Source of the DNA: Promethearchaeota archaeon
GTDB lineage: Archaea; Asgardarchaeota; Lokiarchaeia; Sigyniarchaeales; SOKP01
Assembly: GCA_019058295.1 (NCBI GenBank)
Contig: JAHPZI010000028.1
Coordinates: forward strand, 32,001 to 96,000
DNA: 64,000 bases
Direction: 5' to 3'
The notes under the pieces are model-generated. The model saw only the letters and a program-made list of their open reading frames with translations, was not told where the DNA came from and did not search any database. Shown here piece by piece: positions 18,628 to 30,300 of this stretch (the stretch's first letter is position 1; each line of letters begins with the position of its first letter). Both the position numbers and the translations under genes were made by a program.

Positions 18628-19959
18628 TTGGTAAGACCACCGACAGAAAAAAATATTTGCTTGCTTTGTAAAGGCGCTCGGTTGTATTGTGGGAAAAAAA
18701 CATGTCCAATCTTATTAAAGCAATCTATATTAAAATCTATCATTCCTTTTGAATTGGGAAAATCTAAACGGAATGTTGAGATTTTCGGCGCAAGTCCACC
18801 TGGATTTTTTGTTGGAAGATATAATTATCCAAATGTAGCAGTTGGACCCCTTGTCCCCTTTAAAGAATTTGAATCCGAACTTAATATTGAAGATCATCAT
18901 ATTCTTGATGCTCCTGAACTTTGGTTTGGTAAACAAATGGCTGAAGTTATTCAATATCGAAGTAGTTTAGTTCGGAGTAATTTTAAAATAAATGTAAAAA
19001 TTGACGAGCAAAAATTGAAAAATACTCCTCCGATAAGTGCACAAAAATTATTAGAAACCTCACAAGAACTTTCAATGGCCGCTCGTCCGGTAGATACAGA
19101 AACGAAATTGCAAAAATTAAATCTACGAATGATAATGGATAATCATGCTTTACCCGTAGGTCCTTCGGGTATTACTGAAAAAATAAAAATTACCGAAAAT
19201 GTAAAGGTCCATCCAAAGGTGGATTATTGTGTATCTGATACTGATTTAAAGGCCCAAGAGGCTATATCTGAACATCTTTATCTTAAAGGAAGCGTTCCAT
19301 TATCGTCAATTCAAAGAGTTTTTTCAGCAGGATTGCTTGGAGAAAAAAATAAACGAAAATTGGTCCCTACGCGATGGGCCATAACTGCCATAGATGATAT
19401 GATTTCAAAAAGATTAATTAAGGAAGTTAAAAAATTTCCAGAAATAAACGATTATAGAATTTTTGAAGCTAAATATCTTGATAATCATTTTAAAATTCTC
19501 TTATTTCCTGGAAAATTCACTTATGAAATGAATGAAGTCTGGGCGCCAAACTCATTATGGAATATCTCTCTTTCTGGAAATAATCGCAATTTAAAACCCC
19601 AAATAATGACAGATTTTGAATTTTATAGAGGCCGGAAATCATACGCAAGTAATATAACGGGTGCTTATTATGCTGCCCGAAAAGCAGTTTGCGATTATTT
19701 ATTTAAATTAAGAAGACAAGCGCGGATTTTAATCTTTCGAGAGGTTTCTTCTGGTTATGTGGTTCCGTTAGGTGTATGGGTTATAAGGGAAACTGTAAAA
19801 AACGCTGTGGAATCGAATGAACCTATAATTTTAGATAATTTCGATGCAGCACTTAATAAAATGACTGAAGGGCTAATTGTTGATATAAAACACTGGAAAA
19901 AAAGTAGTAAATTAATTGATTTTATTAAAACTCAGAAAACTATTGATAGCTTTTTGTAA
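18628..19959 (+). CDS. nreA: Nre family archaeal DNA repair protein
   Basis: CLLCKG.R.YCG...CP, G.SPP..FVG.YNYP, RKLVPTRWAIT, GAYYAAR, PLGVWVIRE; C-terminal PCNA-binding PIP box QKTIDSFL. Confidence 0.9.
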   Translation: MVRPPTEKNICLLCKGARLYCGKKTCPILLKQSILKSIIPFELGKSKRNVEIFGASPPGFFVGRYNYPNVAVGPLVPFKEFESELNIEDHHILDAPELWFGKQMAEVIQYRSSLVRSNFKINVKIDEQKLKNTPPISAQKLLETSQELSMAARPVDTETKLQKLNLRMIMDNHALPVGPSGITEKIKITENVKVHPKVDYCVSDTDLKAQEAISEHLYLKGSVPLSSIQRVFSAGLLGEKNKRKLVPTRWAITAIDDMISKRLIKEVKKFPEINDYRIFEAKYLDNHFKILLFPGKFTYEMNEVWAPNSLWNISLSGNNRNLKPQIMTDFEFYRGRKSYASNITGAYYAARKAVCDYLFKLRRQARILIFREVSSGYVVPLGVWVIRETVKNAVESNEPIILDNFDAALNKMTEGLIVDIKHWKKSSKLIDFIKTQKTIDSFL

Positions 19960-20161
19960 AAAATTATTCATAAACTCCTAAATTTCATTTAGGAATAATT
20001 GCTTTATATATAATTTCCCAATCTATTTCAACTTGAATGAATAAGTAATCTTTTGATATTAATTTTCTTGTTTTGTGATCAAAGAACAAAATTCCTGTAA
20101 ATTAATCACTTTTTTATGCGATTTCTTAATTATTCAATTATAATTCTTTAAGGGAAGTGGT

Positions 20162-20839
20162 ATTAGAATTAAATTTGTAATTTTAATTAAGAATATTTCA
20201 ATTTACATTGGTTTAATCTTTGTTTTTGTATGCTTACATGAAATAGCCCACGGAATAACTGCTATTATATTTGGTGGAGAATTTAAAGGAATTTGGATAA
20301 CTTCTTATTTTGGATTCGGACAAAAAGGAAAAAACGTAGAAATATTTCAAGTTTATTCTTACACAAGTTATAATGATAGTATTTTATGTTATCGATGTGT
20401 AAAAATAGCTGGCAGTTTAATTTCTCTTATTTGTGCTTCTTTAGTAAATTATTTTTCTCAAAAAAAGACAAATTTACCTGTATTCTCAGCAACTTGTTCA
20501 GTAATGTTATATGAAATTTATTATTGGATTATTTCACCAATAATAAAATTTGGAGATGGTTATCAATTACTTCAATCAATAGAAGGAAAGAATTTAACCG
20601 TAACTTTGTTTTTCTCTTTAACCTTCTCTATACTATTAATTTGTGTTATTATAATATCTTATAAGAAATTATTAAGAATGCTCGAAAATATGTATTTAGT
20701 AGAAGTAGAAAAAGAAATCTCTTTAATAGACGAAAAAGAACTCGAGATTAAAAATCTAAGTAAACTAGATAATTTCGATATGGTTTTAAATATAATAGCT
20801 GAAGATCTAACTATTGAACAAAAGCACAAAGAAAATTAA
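20162..20839 (+). CDS. M50-like membrane zinc metalloprotease; start non-canonical or uncertain (ORF track shows only 20504-20839)
   Basis: The frame is open from 20144 and encodes TM-VCLHEIAHGITAIIFGG...VKIAGSL...FGDG. There is no ATG/GTG/TTG upstream of the HEXXH motif. Confidence 0.65.
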   Translation: MRIKFVILIKNISIYIGLIFVFVCLHEIAHGITAIIFGGEFKGIWITSYFGFGQKGKNVEIFQVYSYTSYNDSILCYRCVKIAGSLISLICASLVNYFSQKKTNLPVFSATCSVMLYEIYYWIISPIIKFGDGYQLLQSIEGKNLTVTLFFSLTFSILLICVIIISYKKLLRMLENMYLVEVEKEISLIDEKELEIKNLSKLDNFDMVLNIIAEDLTIEQKHKEN

Positions 20840-20965
20840 CTATTTATTTATAAAGATATTATTCGTTAAAGAAAGCTATAGATAAAGATTTTAAATAACT
20901 CCTCTCTATATTTTATTTAAATATTTTATTTCAAATTTATTAATTTCAAATGTAGGTAAAATGAA

Positions 20966-21823
20966 TTGATTATTGATATGCATGTTCATCCTTTCTGTAA
21001 GGAGGCTAGTTGGGGGGATGATTTAGAATATACTGCAAATGCATTGTTAGGTACTGAAAAGAGAGGGCTAAGGGCGATGGAGTCATTTTTTAAGATAATG
21101 GCAACAAAAATCTCAATAGGCGATTATATTAAACTAATGGATAATTATAGCATCGATAAAGCTGTTATCGTTTCATATAATCTTACTACAGCTTATGGTG
21201 TTTGTATAGTCACTAATGATGATGTGGCTGATTTTGTTGCGAAGTATCCAGATAAGTTAATTGGATTTGCCTGTATCGATTTTCCTGCGCCAGATGCAAT
21301 GGAACAGCTTGATTATGCGATAAACTCCTTAGAATTAAAAGGAGTCAAGCTTGTTCCTCCTGCTCAAAAATTCGATATTTCTGATAAGAAGTACAATTCG
21401 CTCTATCGTAAAATGGTGGATTTGAATGTTCCGCTTTGGACCCACACTGCACATTTAATGTCTATCACTGGTGCAGTAACGAAATTTGGCCATCCTAAGC
21501 TTGTCGACAGATTAGCTACAGAACACCAAGATTTAACTATAATAATGGGCCATATGGGCACTCCATGGTTCTGGGACGCTTGGTCAGTGGTAGCTCGGCA
21601 TCCAAATGTTTATATAGATATATCAGCTTACCCAGATCTTTACTCTTGGTTCCCCTTTGATGCATATACTAAATATAACATAGAAGATAAGGTTTTATTT
21701 GCCTCTGATCACCCATTATGCCACTGGAATAAGATTATACCTGCAGTAGATGCTCTTCCGATTTCCAAGAGCTTTAAAAAGAGAATATTGGGAGAAAATG
21801 CTGTTAAACTCTTAAAGATATAA
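20966..21823 (+). CDS. Amidohydrolase_2 family metal-dependent hydrolase
   Basis: IIDMHVH, KGVKL, PLWTHTA, IMGHMG, YIDIS, LFASDHP. Confidence 0.9.
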   Translation: MIIDMHVHPFCKEASWGDDLEYTANALLGTEKRGLRAMESFFKIMATKISIGDYIKLMDNYSIDKAVIVSYNLTTAYGVCIVTNDDVADFVAKYPDKLIGFACIDFPAPDAMEQLDYAINSLELKGVKLVPPAQKFDISDKKYNSLYRKMVDLNVPLWTHTAHLMSITGAVTKFGHPKLVDRLATEHQDLTIIMGHMGTPWFWDAWSVVARHPNVYIDISAYPDLYSWFPFDAYTKYNIEDKVLFASDHPLCHWNKIIPAVDALPISKSFKKRILGENAVKLLKI

Positions 21824-21901
21824 TATAACCTTTTAATGAGAAAAAATTAACTTATAGATTTTTAAACAAAAAAATAAAAATCTAAAAGGTTTTTAAAAAA
21901 T

Positions 21902-23110
21902 ATGTCAGAAAAATCAATTGTATATTGGGCATCGCCATGGGAATTAATGGCTTTTCCAAATTCTGCGAAGAATATAATAACAAATAATTTAGTAAAAACT
22001 AAATTTTTGTTAGATAAAATCTTAGATGGTTTCATAAATACGGGGGATAAAGTTGGAGTAAAAGTTCATGTTGGAGAAAGATATAATACCCGATATTTAC
22101 GTCACGATTATGTTCGTGAAGTCGTTGATGCGATTAAAGCAAAAGACGGTATACCTACTCTTATAGAAACCCAAAATTTAGGAATGGATATTCAACATAT
22201 AAATCTCTCTGAAAATTATTCTATTAACATTATGAGACGAAAAACGGCAGCAGAGCACGAAAAAACAGCACAACTCCATGGGTATTCTGAGTCAATAGTT
22301 GGCGCACCAATAAAATTTATTGATGGAGATAAGGGACTAGATGGAAAAATTATTGAGATAGATGGGATTCACTTGAAAGAAGTATCTGTTGGTATTGGAC
22401 TTTATGAATTTGATAAGATTGTAGCGATATCACATTTTAAAGGACATCAAGCAGCAGGTTTTGGAGGTGCTATGAAACAACTTGGAATTGGGTTCCTTTC
22501 TAAAACAGGTAAGTATCGTTCTCATTTTAATAGCGATATGAGTATTAATAAAAAGAGATGTAATATTTCTAAGTGCTCACAAGAATGTATTGAAGCTTGT
22601 CCAGTAAATGCAATTAAAATAGAAAGTGAATCTGCTGTTATCGACCCTTCTATTTGTGTTTGTTGTACTGCGTGTCTTGAAAAATGTCCTGTTAAAAAAG
22701 CGATAAATAGAGATTTTAATATGGATTTTAAGAATTTCATAGAGCGTGTGTGTGATAACTGTGCTGCAGTAATAAATTCTTATGGCCCAGAAAAATTTCG
22801 TTATATTAACTTTGCCTTTGATGTAGTTGCTCAATGCGACTGTGTTGCTACTCCTAGTATGCCTATTATTCCTGATCTTGGTATATTTGGTTCATCTGAT
22901 CCCGTTGCGATAGATAAAGCTTGTATAGATGCAGAAACTAATGCTCCCGGACTACCTATTATGGATCAAAATGGACAATGGAAAGAACCAACTCCTATTG
23001 GAATTGAGAAATTTAATGCAATTAATAAGATGGTTGATTGTTCTTGGGTTTTCGATGCTGCTGTTAAAAATAGACTGGGAAATTTAGATTATGAATTGAT
23101 AAAAATATAA
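21902..23110 (+). CDS. DUF362 family iron-sulfur protein with inserted ferredoxin domain
   Basis: VGVKVHVGE, SHFKGH..AGFGGAMKQLGIG, CIEACPVNAI, CVCCTACLEKCP, QCDC, SSDPVAIDKA. Confidence 0.88.
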   Translation: MSEKSIVYWASPWELMAFPNSAKNIITNNLVKTKFLLDKILDGFINTGDKVGVKVHVGERYNTRYLRHDYVREVVDAIKAKDGIPTLIETQNLGMDIQHINLSENYSINIMRRKTAAEHEKTAQLHGYSESIVGAPIKFIDGDKGLDGKIIEIDGIHLKEVSVGIGLYEFDKIVAISHFKGHQAAGFGGAMKQLGIGFLSKTGKYRSHFNSDMSINKKRCNISKCSQECIEACPVNAIKIESESAVIDPSICVCCTACLEKCPVKKAINRDFNMDFKNFIERVCDNCAAVINSYGPEKFRYINFAFDVVAQCDCVATPSMPIIPDLGIFGSSDPVAIDKACIDAETNAPGLPIMDQNGQWKEPTPIGIEKFNAINKMVDCSWVFDAAVKNRLGNLDYELIKI

Positions 23111-23226
23111 TTCATACATTATTTTTTTTTTAAGATTGTTTTTAAAAATTATTTAATTATCGTAATTAATCTCTTTTTCATATTTATGAGTATATTGAAG
23201 TGAATTATATGTGGGTGAATGCTTGG

Positions 23227-24420
23227 ATGTCCATGAGAATGGACGCCAACCAACGGTGGTGGAGTTTTGGGTGGAATTTTGACGAATCAATACGCAGTCA
23301 AATGGATTTACCAGATAAAGTGATTATTAAAGACGATACTTTAAGGGAAGGTGAAGAAACACCTGGAACTTACTTTACAATAGATCAAAAGGTCGAAATT
23401 GCTAAAGCATTGGAAGAAATGGGAATCCCTGAAATTGAAGTTGGATATGCTGCAGGAATCAAGGAGCATGCAGAAACTTTTAAGGCTCTTAAACGAGAAG
23501 GTATAAAAATGAAATTATCATCTCACGCAAGATTATATGCTGAAGATATAAAGAAGGAAGTTGACGATATTTTAGCTGCTGAAACAGATCACATAAATTT
23601 TTTACTTGTCCCTGGTCCCGCTTTAAAAACTAAGAAAGCAGTTTTTGAAAGAATAACTGAAGGTATAGAATATGCGAAAGCTCAAGATGCTTATGTAGCA
23701 TTTGGCTCTGGACGAGTTATTCCGAAATTTTGGGAAAAATTCTTACATCTAGCTATGGATGCGGGAGTCGATAGGATTGTTGTATACGATGGAAATGGGT
23801 GCGCTCTGCCAGTTGCATTTAAAGATAATGTTGCTTTTACAAAAAAAATTGTTAAAGATATACCCATAGAAGTCCATACACATAACGACCTAGGTTTAGC
23901 AGTAGCTACAACACTTGCTGGAGTTGAAGGTGGTGCTCAAATTGTTGATGTAGTATTTAATGGACTAGGCGATAGAGCTGGAAATGCTTCTACTGAAGAA
24001 GTTATAATGGCGCTTGAAATTTTATATGGAATTGATTTAAATTTAAAATTGGATAAAATAATGGAAGTTTCTCAACTTATTGAGAAATATAGTAAAACAC
24101 CATTGCAATCCCATAAAGCTATTGTAGGTAAAAATTGTTTTATTCACGAATCAGATTTACATGTAGAGCAAATTTTGATAGGGAATTGGACAACTTGGGA
24201 ATTATATCAACCTCATGTGGTTGGACAAACTCGAAAACTAATCTTTGGCGCAACAACACTTCAGGATAGAGCGCTTAAGGCGAAATTAAATAAGATCGGT
24301 TTGGAACCAACTACAGAACAGCTAGATATTCTACGCAAACAAATTAAAGAGAAAATAAAGACTCAAGATTTCATTTCTGAACAAGAACTTGAAGAATTAG
24401 CCAAAAAAACACTCAAATAG
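23227..24420 (+). CDS. DRE-TIM metallolyase (homocitrate / isopropylmalate / citramalate synthase-like, no regulatory domain)
   Basis: DDTLREGEE, EIEVG, HTHNDLGLAVA, NGLGDRAGNA, HESDLH. ATG 23227 follows the SD-like GGGTGA (track start GTG 23200). Confidence 0.85.
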   Translation: MSMRMDANQRWWSFGWNFDESIRSQMDLPDKVIIKDDTLREGEETPGTYFTIDQKVEIAKALEEMGIPEIEVGYAAGIKEHAETFKALKREGIKMKLSSHARLYAEDIKKEVDDILAAETDHINFLLVPGPALKTKKAVFERITEGIEYAKAQDAYVAFGSGRVIPKFWEKFLHLAMDAGVDRIVVYDGNGCALPVAFKDNVAFTKKIVKDIPIEVHTHNDLGLAVATTLAGVEGGAQIVDVVFNGLGDRAGNASTEEVIMALEILYGIDLNLKLDKIMEVSQLIEKYSKTPLQSHKAIVGKNCFIHESDLHVEQILIGNWTTWELYQPHVVGQTRKLIFGATTLQDRALKAKLNKIGLEPTTEQLDILRKQIKEKIKTQDFISEQELEELAKKTLK

Positions 24421-24428
24421 CATTATAA

Positions 24429-25019
24429 TTATGATTGATTTACTAACTCATTAAGAATCTTTATAGTTCTTGAAATGTTAAAAATTCCACAAACACAGGG
24501 TTTAGCTAATTTTTCTGCTGCTTTTTCAACAGAAATTTTTCCATTTTTAATCAATTTCACATAATATTCTACAGATTGCGAGGATGTGCAATGATGTCCA
24601 CACATGGTAGTAATTTCTAATGTTTTCTTAGAAGGTAATAACTCCTTCTTTCCAAATGTACCCAATGAAAGATGGACAGTATGCATATTCAAACCGACTT
24701 CTTTAACCGCTTCCTTAATTTCAGAAATTAGACCACTTATCACTATGGAAACTCCTAAATCTTCTTCTTTTAAAGTTTGAGTAATTTCTTTAACTGTTTC
24801 GATATCTGTAAAAGCAGCTGTGATAACAGGAGAAATCTTCCAAGCCGCCTCCCTCATAATATTTGTAGGATTATGCTTTTTCATGATTTCAGCAATCCTT
24901 ATTAATCTTTTACGTGGATCTGGATATTTATCATTTATTCCAGCCGCCAGCATTGCTAATATCACGTAATCTTCCTTTAAATCATTAACAGTTCCAACTC
25001 TATGTAATGAATGTGTTAT
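24429..25019 (-). CDS. Conserved Cys-containing hypothetical protein, partner of the upstream ferredoxin-domain protein; probable ATA start
   Basis: TMCGHH and PCVCGIFN motifs. An in-frame extension (I/M)THSLHRVGT..DLKEDYV begins at ATA 25019, 6 nt after SD GAGGTGA. Confidence 0.75.
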   Translation of the reverse strand: MTHSLHRVGTVNDLKEDYVILAMLAAGINDKYPDPRKRLIRIAEIMKKHNPTNIMREAAWKISPVITAAFTDIETVKEITQTLKEEDLGVSIVISGLISEIKEAVKEVGLNMHTVHLSLGTFGKKELLPSKKTLEITTMCGHHCTSSQSVEYYVKLIKNGKISVEKAAEKLAKPCVCGIFNISRTIKILNELVNQS

Positions 25020-25035
25020 CGCTTTTCACCTCTAT

Positions 25036-25737
25036 TTAGGCTCTACCTAAGCCTATGTTAATTTTAGCATTTGGCTCGACTTTAAATCCTTGCTGATCTA
25101 ATATATCTATAATAGGAATTGAGCCATCCTCCATTACTCTTGAAACGATCCCAACAGTAAAAACTGTATCAATTTCTTTTTCCACTTCTTTGATTATTTG
25201 TAAAACCTGATCAATCTTATTTTTAGGAATTTTGAATTCAATAATAGCAGATAGAACACGCTCATCTTTTACATCGTCTTTAATATTAACTTTATCTTCA
25301 GTCAGAATTGCTGTAACTGGACTCATCTCTTCATATTCCACACCTATCTGTGAAAATTTTGTTGTAAATAATTCGATATTTTTTAACAGCGTTCCAACTC
25401 CAGGGCGTCCTAATTCAATAGAGATCCCATACTCATCTGTTCCAAAACGATTAGTTACATCGTTAGTTTTCATTTCTTCTGTCCCTCTTCCTGGTATCCC
25501 TGTTAACTTATGTGTACCAATCACATCGCTAAATGGATTACGAATAATTCGCGGCCATTTTAATCGTCTGGATTTAATCGCATTGACAGGACATTCTGCG
25601 TTTCGATAACATATAGAACATTCTACGCAATGATTTTTATCTATAACTGCTTTGTTATCAATTATTTTAATAGCTTGAACGGGACAAACTATTACGCATC
25701 TACCGCATCCAGTACAAAGATCTTCTCTTATTTCCAT
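25036..25737 (-). CDS. 4Fe-4S dicluster domain protein
   Basis: [12 protein letters not shown] and CVECSIC....CP; [16 protein letters not shown]; ELGRPGVG. Confidence 0.88.
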   Translation of the reverse strand: MEIREDLCTGCGRCVIVCPVQAIKIIDNKAVIDKNHCVECSICYRNAECPVNAIKSRRLKWPRIIRNPFSDVIGTHKLTGIPGRGTEEMKTNDVTNRFGTDEYGISIELGRPGVGTLLKNIELFTTKFSQIGVEYEEMSPVTAILTEDKVNIKDDVKDERVLSAIIEFKIPKNKIDQVLQIIKEVEKEIDTVFTVGIVSRVMEDGSIPIIDILDQQGFKVEPNAKINIGLGRA

Positions 25738-25773
25738 TACAATAACCTAGATTTTTAATTGTTTATTGTGTTT

Positions 25774-27039
25774 TTAATCAGATTCAGTGGCATCTAAATC
25801 CTTAGGTAAGGTATTTAATAAGATAAATACAAATAGAGAACTAATAAGCGCCATTATTGATAAGATTACATAACCCGGTCTATAAAGATTGCCATAACCT
25901 AAGAAAAGAAATGCTAAAAGTAAGATGCTCAAACTTCGACCAAAAGTATAAGCTAAAAAATTGAGAGAATAAATCGTCGATCGTATTTGTGGAGGGCCTA
26001 TATCTCCTAGAGTTGCTTGCGTAAGTGGATCAATACCTCCAAAAAAGAAGGCACCTATTAAGATAAATATAAAGAAAATAATCAGCATAATTAAATTATT
26101 AGATGAGAATATTAAGCAAAATCCAATAATATACGATATTGATCCTATTACTAAACAGATAAGTACATATTTTAATCTTCCATTCTTATCAGTTTTAATT
26201 TTTTTATCAGCTAAATCCCCTATTATAGGCCCGCTTATCATTTGACTACCGAAAACAACAATTAGAAAGAAGGTTGCTATGCTTGAACTAAAATGATAAT
26301 CATTTTTTAACATTGAAATAAAATTCGATGATATTGCCCCAATAGCTAGAAACATAACGAAATTAAAAATTAATATCCAAAAAATTGTCTTTATCTGCCA
26401 AATTTTCTTGAAATCTTTTATTTTTATTTTAAAACTTAGTCCCAGAACACTCTCATCGTCCATCTCTGATGATATCTCCATTTCACCTCTGGTAGGCTCC
26501 TTCATGAAAAATAAAAATATCGTACAAAAAATCCCACATATAGAAATTATGATAAATGGCAATATCCAAGAAAAATAATCAATTAAAAATCCTGAAAGCA
26601 TATGACCTAAACCATTACCTAAAACATAAGCGGCACTTAAAGTACCAAAAGATTTTCCTCTTTTTTCTGCCTCGATTGAATCTACCAGTAAAGAAAATAT
26701 TAACGGTAATGCTGAACCAAAACCAATTGCAGCAAATATTTGAAAGAACAATAACGAATAAAAATCTGTTGCAAAAATAGTAAGAAATGAAAAAAATGAC
26801 CATATGAATGTTCCAATGATTAGCATTATTTTGCGTGAAAATTTATCACCTAAGATTGCCCATACTATTGAACTACATGCCCCAACAAACAAAAACATTG
26901 AATTTATTATCTGGACTTGAGCTTCACTCTCTAAATTTAAGGCTATAGCAACTTCCTTAGCCATCGGCATTATAATGCTAATTAATGCTGAAGAAAAAAG
27001 TGTTAGTAATATAAGTATGATAAAAGATTGATGTTTCAT
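25774..27039 (-). CDS. MFS transporter
   Basis: About 12 TM helices; motif A LGDKFSRK and GDLADK; EKRGKSFG. Confidence 0.9.
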   Translation of the reverse strand: MKHQSFIILILLTLFSSALISIIMPMAKEVAIALNLESEAQVQIINSMFLFVGACSSIVWAILGDKFSRKIMLIIGTFIWSFFSFLTIFATDFYSLLFFQIFAAIGFGSALPLIFSLLVDSIEAEKRGKSFGTLSAAYVLGNGLGHMLSGFLIDYFSWILPFIIISICGIFCTIFLFFMKEPTRGEMEISSEMDDESVLGLSFKIKIKDFKKIWQIKTIFWILIFNFVMFLAIGAISSNFISMLKNDYHFSSSIATFFLIVVFGSQMISGPIIGDLADKKIKTDKNGRLKYVLICLVIGSISYIIGFCLIFSSNNLIMLIIFFIFILIGAFFFGGIDPLTQATLGDIGPPQIRSTIYSLNFLAYTFGRSLSILLLAFLFLGYGNLYRPGYVILSIMALISSLFVFILLNTLPKDLDATESD

Positions 27040-27328
27040 GAGAAAAGCGTATATTTTATTCAGTTTACTTTAATGGTTTGGATATTAAGATGGTAAAATA
27101 AATAAAAATCTTTCTAATAAGATTTAATTATTCTTTTTCAAAGTATCCTAAAAACTACATAAAGAAATAAAAAAAGTTGGAATTATAGGATTTAATTTCT
27201 TATTATGAAATTAATTAATAATTTCTATTCCATTAGAAGAATTAGTTTTAAAAACGATTATATTTTAATTAATGATAAAAAGTTATTTTCAGTTTTATTT
27301 ACAAATAAAATTTGATGAGATTTACTAT

Positions 27329-30300
27329 ATGAAATTCTTAAAAAATAAAAGATTTTTAGCACTATTTATTATCTCTTCCATGATATTATCTTTTATGTGT
27401 GCTTTCATTGGAGATATTAATCATACTAATCTTTCTGGGAAAGAAACTCAGAATGATCCATTGAGAGATAATGAATATGGCGAAACATTGAAATTATCTG
27501 CTAATGTTGTGTCTCAATTTGATAGTCGAGGAAAAGTTTTTAGTTCAGGAACTTTTTCAAGTCAGAATTGCTATATCAATAACGAGCAACCAGCTTTGAA
27601 TATTCGACCAAGTATTTACGAACCTAATTTCTATATGTCGTATGCCTTAATGAACATTAATAATTTAGAGGCTGTAAATTATACCAAAGAAATTGAATCT
27701 TCTTTTACTGAATTTATTGAGAATGATAAAAATGAGGAAATGTACGTATTTCAAAAATTTGCAATCCAAATAAGTCAATATATCAATAATGTTAGTATAT
27801 TAATCCGTGATGAATATCAAGGGCATCTTGATACCCCTCCCGAAGCGATATATACATATACAAATCAATGGGAGGTAGCTATAGTAAACTGTTCGGATGA
27901 TGGATATAAAACACCAAATCACGATACCACGTTAGGTTCTTTGAGAATAAAACATGAGGATACTGTTGAACTTCATTGGGAAGTTTTTAACTTCAAAAAT
28001 GAAGGCGATGGTCCCATATTTCTTAATATAAATAAGACAGCTTCAACTAAGGTAAATGAAATAGAAAAGTATTGGTTTGCCTTAAGAATAAGAATTCCTC
28101 CCAATGATGAAAGTCAAGGGGGTGGTATTAAGAAACTTTCTTTTAATCCAGATGGAGGGGATTCTAATTTTAGAGGGGAAGGTGATATCTTTCAATATGG
28201 TGGATATACTATTATCAATAAGACTATGAATGATGTTGTCGAAAATAAAACAATTGTAGGGCAAAATATTGATGGCAATATAACTTCCTTTAGAAATATA
28301 GACAATGATCGATATATCGCTCAAAATGATACTTCAAATAATTTAACAATACAAATAACTTATGACCTAGCAAATTTATCACTCTTATTTGGAAATGAAG
28401 ATTTGAAAAGGCCACTAACTTATGGGGAAATATTATGGGCATATACCTTTAATTTTTTTGGTTTTCAAGATCTTTGGTACTATTCACATTTCATTTTTCT
28501 CTATAGTATTAATTTTACGATTGCAACAAATATAAGTGATACTGATATTATAAGAAATGCAGATCTTTATGCTTATAGTAGAACAGAATCTAAATGGGTG
28601 AATATATCAAAATTTGTTAATCTAAATACTGATAATGAGACTTTACAATCTTACTTAATAAGAGATCCCGATGAAAAAATCGAATTTTTAAGATTATTAA
28701 ATCATCCTTGGTTTCCTCAGGGTAATCCAAATAATACTCTCGTTTTCAGGCTCGTATACAATGGTACAGGTACAAGTAATTATAATGTTTCAATTAATAA
28801 ATTTACTGTGGAAATTGGCGAGTATGATATAAAAGAAGGAGTTCACGCAAGTGAACCGATAATAGTTGATGACTATTATGCAAATAAGGTAAACGTTGAT
28901 AATGGTACGGTAATTACTCCTCAAGATGAGGTAATTAGTACCTTAAAATACAATGATAATGAATTTTTTAAAGCTCAAGCTGATACAGATAATCTTACTA
29001 TAATTTTCGAACTTGAAGTATTAAAGGATTTAGATAGTTCACTATGGGATATCGATCTTTATGATTGGATATTAGTTTCTCCAAACCCTATCGTACCTAA
29101 GATGGAGTTCATTGTAAGTTCTAATACTAGTATTAAGGATACAAAATATATTAGTTTAGCAACGCTAGAAATTTATAAGGGGAATAAAACTTCAGAATAT
29201 CTATCACCTGAACAAAATAAGCAAGAATGGGTTATGATTAGTGAAACTAATAGAACTTTTGCTAATTCGGTTAAAAGTAGAAATGTGACAACTCAAGATG
29301 AAGGTTTTACATGGTTATTTTTAAATTTTTTAAATGATAGTGATAGAAGGGTATTTTTGCGTTTAAGATTTGAAACAAATACTACACTCTTCTCTGGTTT
29401 TAACGTATCTATTGATCAATTCAAAGTTAATATTGATGTTAAATATTTTTCTGATATTTCTTCTTCAATAGGTTTTGGTATTAATAGTGCTACTTTAAAA
29501 CCTGAGGATATCCAAATGCAGATCTTTGAAAAAAATGTTATTAATAGAGGTAATCAAAAGGGTTCTTGGTCTGCATATTTAGAAAATTTCGAACCTATAA
29601 AAGGGACTTTCATTTTTGATATAACTTCCAATTGGTATGCGATTAAGTTCGATGTGTCAGGTAGTTATACTATTTATAAATATGCAGTTGATCTTGACTT
29701 TATTGACGATTTAGATACACAATATATGATAGGAACAGAACATTTTACAGTAGAAGCTACAGATGGTCTCGGAAATCCGATATCTGGTCTTGATATAATT
29801 TTTGAGCTTTTAGATGCAGATGAAAAAGTAGTAGATAAAGATATATCTACTACTGATTCAGATGGAGAAGCTACTGGTTCCTTAGAATTCGATGAGGTTG
29901 GAGATAGTTTTAAAATAAGGGTAACTTATGAAGAAGCAGGGATTTATGCGAGTGAAGATATTGAATCAGATGAATTCCGGATTGTAGATGAATTTACAAT
30001 ATTTATGGATAATTTTCTCTTTTTACTCCCGTATATTTTGATTGGTTTAGCTGCCCTATTCACTTTTATTGCTCTCCGGCATCGGAAGTTAAGCAAATTA
30101 CGCGAATATTGGGCGGGAGAAGCCATAGTTTTGGACGATTTGTCAAAAATCTCTTACATCATGGTCATTCATAAAGATGCAGGACTAACTCTTTATTCTA
30201 AGAAAATTTCTATGGAACTCGATTCGGACTTAATAGGTGGATTTATAACTGCAATTTCACAATTTAAGAGCGAAATTAAAAAACCTGTCGATGAATTTGA

